Origin: a virus
Lineage: Duplodnaviria; Caudoviricetes
Reading direction: 5' to 3' (one strand)
IMG/VR virus record: IMGVR_UViG_3300030372_004604
Span: 1 to 60,299 of that record
Length of the DNA stretch: 60,299 nucleotides
Below the pieces are notes generated by a model. It had not been told where the DNA came from, did no database searches, and saw only the letters and a program-made list of their open reading frames with translations. Both the position numbers and the translations under genes were made by a program. The first letter of the stretch is position 1. Every line of letters begins with the position of its first letter. Positions 56,298-60,299 of this stretch are shown here, in pieces.

Positions 56298-58168
56298 AAG
56301 TTCTCCGTTAAAGGTTGCTTTGCTTCCCCCCAATTAGGCCCAAACTCTGCATCAACTACGGAGGGAACTTCTAGCTTGACGCAGGTTTCCATTATCTCCG
56401 TAATTTTCTTAGCTTGGTCTTCACTTTCTACGGAGACATCTAATTCATCATGTACTTGTATCATAGGCAACATGCCCTCTTCTGCCAAAGCAACCATCGC
56501 GGCTTTAGTTTGATCTGCGGCACTGCCCTGAATTAACTTGTTCAATGCTTTGTATGTAAATGCCCTACGAATCGCAGGGCCATGTTCATTGTATGCTTCT
56601 TGGTAGTTCATCGGTTTCCAACTGCCATACTTAGTTGGTTCCCATTTATCAAAACGACATCGTCTACCTAACACAGTACGGATAACACCTTTACTACTTG
56701 CACGATTAACAGCGTAGTTACTTAGTTCTCGTACAAATGGCACTGAGTTATGGTACAGGGTAAACAGTTCGTTAGCATCGTCTATCTCTAACCCTAACCC
56801 TGCAGCCAATTTTTTAGACCCCATACCGTAGAACAACCCTAAGTTTATATCTTTAGCCTGTTTGCGTGGAACGCCCACAATATCTGCTGCCATTTGGTGA
56901 AAGTCGGTGCGTGGGTCTTCATTGTACTGTTCAGCAAACGTATCAGCCCCTTTAAAGCCCATTAGCTTACTGTAATGAACAACTATGCGTGGTTCTTGGC
57001 TAGAGTAATCAAATGCCCCCCACAAGGCCCCTTCTTCGGGTAAAAACAGGCTTCGTATTAACGGCCCTATTTCTGGGTGACGAGCAGGTATTTGTTGCAG
57101 GTTCGGGTTACTATAGCTAAATCGGCCTGTAACTGTACCACCATCATCACTGCGTAGTGGGTGTAGCTCTGCATGTATCCTACCGTTTTGTTGGTGCTTT
57201 AAAATAGTTTCAATAAAAGTGCCTCTTGCCTTTTGGTACTCTCTAGCTTCTACTATCATTTGTGGTACTTTGTGGGGGTGGTTAGTGAGAAACCCTTTAG
57301 TAAACGATGGAGCACTTGTCTTTTCTGTTTTAGTATAGGTAAGGTCTAAGGCATCAAATGCTTTAGCTACACTTTCTGCGGCCCATATTTCTACTTCAAC
57401 ACCTGTTTGCTTTTTTACTTCGGCAAGTAATTCTTGTTCTTTTTTAAGTAAATCGTTTTGTATTACTTCAGCTTTATTTAAATCTACCCTTACACCTTTT
57501 TGTCTCATGGGTATTATTGTTTTGAGAACCTTTAACTCTAGTTCTACGATGTCTTGTATATCTTCTTTTACTATTAACGATTTGAAAAATGTCCATAGTT
57601 TTAAAGTCAAAGCGGCATCTTGTTCTGCATATGATCCTACATAGGTTGCAGGTAGTTTATACATTTCGCTTTTAGCATTGATGCCAAAGGCATCAGCGGC
57701 TTCGCGTAGTTCTTTTTCTGACTTACGCTCTTGCAGGTAATCACGACCAATAGCATTTAACGCATAGCTAAATCTGTTTTCATCTAACAGGGGCGCAATA
57801 ACCATTGTGTCAATGATTCGCCCTGAAACAGGCACACCTTCTGCGAGCAACCACCCAACATCATAAGGAGCATTATGGAAAATATAATCCCTGTTAACCG
57901 AACATACATCTCGTAACCAATTCATTGTCATTTTAGGGTCTAAGTTAGAACCTATTTCGTGCCGTATGGGAAAGTACCATTGGTCGCCTTGTACAGCAAC
58001 GGCGATACCTATTATATGCCCATCTTTTCTAGGCCAACCCGAACCCATTGTTGTAAGGTTTGGGTCTCTTGTTTCTAAATCTATAGCAACTTCTTTTGCT
58101 TCACTTAAATCAGGATAACCATCTGGCACAACCCATTCTACAGGTGGTTTAAACAGAGGATATTGCAT
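56258..58168 (-). CDS. polA: Family A DNA polymerase with 3'-5' exonuclease
   Basis: IDLET, HNAPYD, TGRFS..NPNLQQIP, DYSSQEPR, KDINLGLFYG, IQGSAAD, QVHDEL. Confidence 0.92.
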   Translation of the reverse strand: MQYPLFKPPVEWVVPDGYPDLSEAKEVAIDLETRDPNLTTMGSGWPRKDGHIIGIAVAVQGDQWYFPIRHEIGSNLDPKMTMNWLRDVCSVNRDYIFHNAPYDVGWLLAEGVPVSGRIIDTMVIAPLLDENRFSYALNAIGRDYLQERKSEKELREAADAFGINAKSEMYKLPATYVGSYAEQDAALTLKLWTFFKSLIVKEDIQDIVELELKVLKTIIPMRQKGVRVDLNKAEVIQNDLLKKEQELLAEVKKQTGVEVEIWAAESVAKAFDALDLTYTKTEKTSAPSFTKGFLTNHPHKVPQMIVEAREYQKARGTFIETILKHQQNGRIHAELHPLRSDDGGTVTGRFSYSNPNLQQIPARHPEIGPLIRSLFLPEEGALWGAFDYSSQEPRIVVHYSKLMGFKGADTFAEQYNEDPRTDFHQMAADIVGVPRKQAKDINLGLFYGMGSKKLAAGLGLEIDDANELFTLYHNSVPFVRELSNYAVNRASSKGVIRTVLGRRCRFDKWEPTKYGSWKPMNYQEAYNEHGPAIRRAFTYKALNKLIQGSAADQTKAAMVALAEEGMLPMIQVHDELDVSVESEDQAKKITEIMETCVKLEVPSVVDAEFGPNWGEAKQPLTENLWKREGKNTKTPT

Positions 58169-58289
58169 TACTTTTCACTTTCATAGATAAGTTACATCTT
58201 TTACAACGAGGCCATCTGTTTTTTAAATTACGGAAAGTAATTATTTTTTTATAACCACATCCACAAACAGCCTCTACCTCTTTGTCCAT
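58149..58289 (-). CDS. 46-aa Cys-rich protein (not in ORF track)
   Basis: CGCG ... CKRC. Confidence 0.4.
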   Translation of the reverse strand: MDKEVEAVCGCGYKKIITFRNLKNRWPRCKRCNLSMKVKSNAISSV

Positions 58290-58299
58290 AGGATCAATG

Positions 58300-58617
58300 T
58301 TATTTGTCATGCCCTAACATTTCTGCCTCTACTAACAATAAGTACCTTCTTAAATCGCGTAGGTCATCTATGATACCTTCTTCCCTTGGGTCTTTACGAA
58401 TAGTTTCAAATATATCATAGTTTTCTTTTTTAGCTTGGTTTTCTATTCTATCCCATTTGCGGGCTAACATCATAAAAGCACCAGTGCCTCCACGCTGTTT
58501 CCAACTATTACCATAGCTCTGTTCTGCCACATGCAAACCTTCTACATCAGCATGTGCTAAATCGTTTACCTTTGTAAGAATGTTACTTAACTCGCGTTTC
58601 ACTTTATGCTCTCCCAT
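58300..58617 (-). CDS. Nucleotide-modification-associated (MazG-like, all-alpha NTP pyrophosphatase) protein
   Basis: YGNSW, RKWDRIEN, DDLRDLRRYLLL. Confidence 0.55.
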   Translation of the reverse strand: MGEHKVKRELSNILTKVNDLAHADVEGLHVAEQSYGNSWKQRGGTGAFMMLARKWDRIENQAKKENYDIFETIRKDPREEGIIDDLRDLRRYLLLVEAEMLGHDK

Positions 58618-58969
58618 ACTTATCTTCAAACCTTTGTATGTCGTCTTCGCCTAAATAAGAACCATGTTGCACTTCAATTACAACTAAAGGTTGAAGCCCA
58701 ATATTAACCAAACTATGTATCCACCTTTTTGGTATGGTTATACATTCTTGCACTGAAAGTTGTGTTGTTTTCAATTTAAAAAGTTTAGGACCTCTAACCA
58801 CGTTAGCTGTTCCATGAACAACCACCCAGTTTTCTGCCCTATGTTCGTGTGCCTGTAAAGACAACTGCTCTCCTGCATTCACCAAAATGTTTTTTACTTT
58901 GTAATGAAGCCCTTCCTCTAACACTTGGTAATGGCCCCAAGGTTTTTCTACCACCTTCTCATCAACCAT
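58604..58969 (-). CDS. Cupin, mannose-6-phosphate isomerase type II C-terminal-like
   Basis: KPWGHY.VL, LSLQ.H.HRAENWVVV.G, IEVQ.GSYLGEDDIQRFED.YGR. Confidence 0.85.
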   Translation of the reverse strand: MVDEKVVEKPWGHYQVLEEGLHYKVKNILVNAGEQLSLQAHEHRAENWVVVHGTANVVRGPKLFKLKTTQLSVQECITIPKRWIHSLVNIGLQPLVVIEVQHGSYLGEDDIQRFEDKYGRA

Positions 58970-59916
58970 TCTACACACGCCTTTCTCCATGCTAAGTCTT
59001 CAATGTTTTCTGCATGGCGTACTGCCTCATCTATATTTTTTGCCTTCCAAGCACCCCAAGATAAATCCATGGGCGTAAGCACTTGATCAAAGTAAGAGTT
59101 AGTATATGTATTGGTTTCATTGTTCATCCAGCGTTGTAACTCTTTATCAAAACAAGCAGGTTCATCAACCAATGGTTTAGGGTTGTAATTCCTATTATCA
59201 CCTAAATGCAGGTAAGGATCGTAATCAGGCTCAATGTTTTTTACTTTTTCTAAAGTATCTACATAAGCGTGTAAATTATTACTAAACTGATAATATGTAC
59301 CTACCGCGCAATCTATCCTTGCCGCCATGTATTCTAACAGTACAGACATATGAACAGCGTTTGCTCCATATGCCCCCCATATCATATCATTGCTCCTATT
59401 ACATACGGTCATGTTTAACGTGTTGTTACGAACCCAAAACATGATTTGCGTATTGCATGGGTGGTCTTTACCAGTGTTTTCTATAGAAAAATCTTTTATA
59501 GGATCCCACATAGAAACAACAGTGCGGCGATCGTTTTCATAATGAAGCAAGCGATGAACGGCTATTTCTAGTTGGTCTTTGCCAAACCAGTTTTTCCATC
59601 GGTAACCATATGCTCCATTAATAGTTACACCGTCATCGCTATAGCTACTCATCCTACCATTGTAGTTAGAAATCCACTCAACTTCATTTTTACCTGCTAA
59701 CATCCAAAACGATTCCATTAAATGGAAGTAAGGGTTAGCGTCACGCATAGGGTAAAACAATACTCTTTCCCTGCTATGGCTGTAAGAAGTCATAACGGGG
59801 CAAGGAAACTCTAATGCTTTACCATTGCGTGTGTCTACCTCAACACCTTTAGTTTCTAATGCCTGTACTGCTAGGTACAATGCTTCACTTACATTTCTTG
59901 CATTTATATGTTGCAT
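58948..59916 (-). CDS. Thymidylate-synthase homologue, likely dUMP hydroxymethylase
   Basis: RDANPYFHL.E..W.L.G, GAYG.RW, DHPCN (catalytic Cys), NRSND..WGAYGAN with Asn at the dUMP-specificity position. Confidence 0.8.
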   Translation of the reverse strand: MQHINARNVSEALYLAVQALETKGVEVDTRNGKALEFPCPVMTSYSHSRERVLFYPMRDANPYFHLMESFWMLAGKNEVEWISNYNGRMSSYSDDGVTINGAYGYRWKNWFGKDQLEIAVHRLLHYENDRRTVVSMWDPIKDFSIENTGKDHPCNTQIMFWVRNNTLNMTVCNRSNDMIWGAYGANAVHMSVLLEYMAARIDCAVGTYYQFSNNLHAYVDTLEKVKNIEPDYDPYLHLGDNRNYNPKPLVDEPACFDKELQRWMNNETNTYTNSYFDQVLTPMDLSWGAWKAKNIDEAVRHAENIEDLAWRKACVEWLMRRW

Positions 59917-60008
59917 TTAAAGCCTTTCTGAGCCTTCTAAAAGTTAAAGGGTACGTTAGCCCCACAAATAAGTTAAGACAACCGTATAGGGCCTTAAAAT
60001 AGGTTTAT

Positions 60009-60299
60009 TTAACTCTGTTTTACCCAAAAGCTATTACAATCTTCCTGCTTTGTAAGGGCGTAGCCTTTTGATTGAATGATTTCATACTTTTGTAGCCTTA
60101 GTTTATCTTGCTCCTCCCAGTAAGGTTTTGTTGTTTTACCACGAACAGCAACATAATCTTCGGTAATTATTTCATCTGGCATGACAGACCAATCGTAGCT
60201 TGCAAATATCTTTGTGTCATTACCTTCTGTATCTACCTTTAAAATATTTACGTTGGTTATGTCATTTTCTACTAAAAGAGTTTGCAATGTTTTTAAGGG
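60009..60299 (-). CDS. FkbM-family methyltransferase, 3' part
   Basis: In-frame continuation of 1-438 through the terminal overlap; KVDTEG motif. Confidence 0.8.
   Translation of the reverse strand, partial: PLKTLQTLLVENDITNVNILKVDTEGNDTKIFASYDWSVMPDEIITEDYVAVRGKTTKPYWEEQDKLRLQKYEIIQSKGYALTKQEDCNSFWVKQS
60195..60299. repeat. Terminal direct repeat / circular assembly overlap (copy 2)
   Basis: Matches 1-105 with one mismatch. Confidence 0.95.

Noticed and set aside
1-60299. 7-deazaguanine or 2-aminoadenine system as the cause of GA avoidance; prophage
   Set aside because: No dpdA, folE, queC/D/E or purZ-like ORF was recognised, and no integrase or host genes; divergent homologues among the hypotheticals cannot be excluded.

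Overview
This window looks like one complete, circularly permuted dsDNA tailed-phage genome of about 60.2 kb. The first 105 nt recur at the end with one synonymous mismatch, and an FkbM-type gene runs across the junction. Almost all genes are on the minus strand. It encodes a podovirus-like morphogenesis module (TerS, TerL, portal, GroES-like chaperonin, scaffold, major capsid, adaptors, fibres, large internal/ejection proteins), lysis genes, and a replication module (PolA, primase-polymerase, UvrD-like and SNF2 helicases). The gene set resembles marine uvMED-type phages of proteobacteria (inference). A thymidine-modification operon spans the junction: aGPT-Pplase1-like protein, GT-B glycosyltransferase, FkbM methyltransferase, dUMP hydroxymethylase-like TS homologue, cupin, MazG-like protein and an HD nucleotidase. 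The most striking signal lies between terL and terS. An 828-bp island (44728-45555) contains no GA or TC dinucleotide at all. It holds a complete transcription unit (promoter, RBS, a 186-aa protein with no Asp or Glu, terminator) whose signals use GA-free variants. Directly beside it is a TC/GA-dense block with eight GATC sites in exact 10-bp phase. Nearby putative early genes also strongly avoid TC on their coding strand. Together these suggest a TC-context DNA hypermodification system with a modification-free expression island and a modification-dense recognition array (hypothesis). Other notable items are a promoter/stem-loop cassette array carrying paralogous ORFs, a tRNA-Trp(CCA) with a long variable arm, and a duplicated origin-like element. 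All functional calls come from motif recognition by eye, with no database searches.
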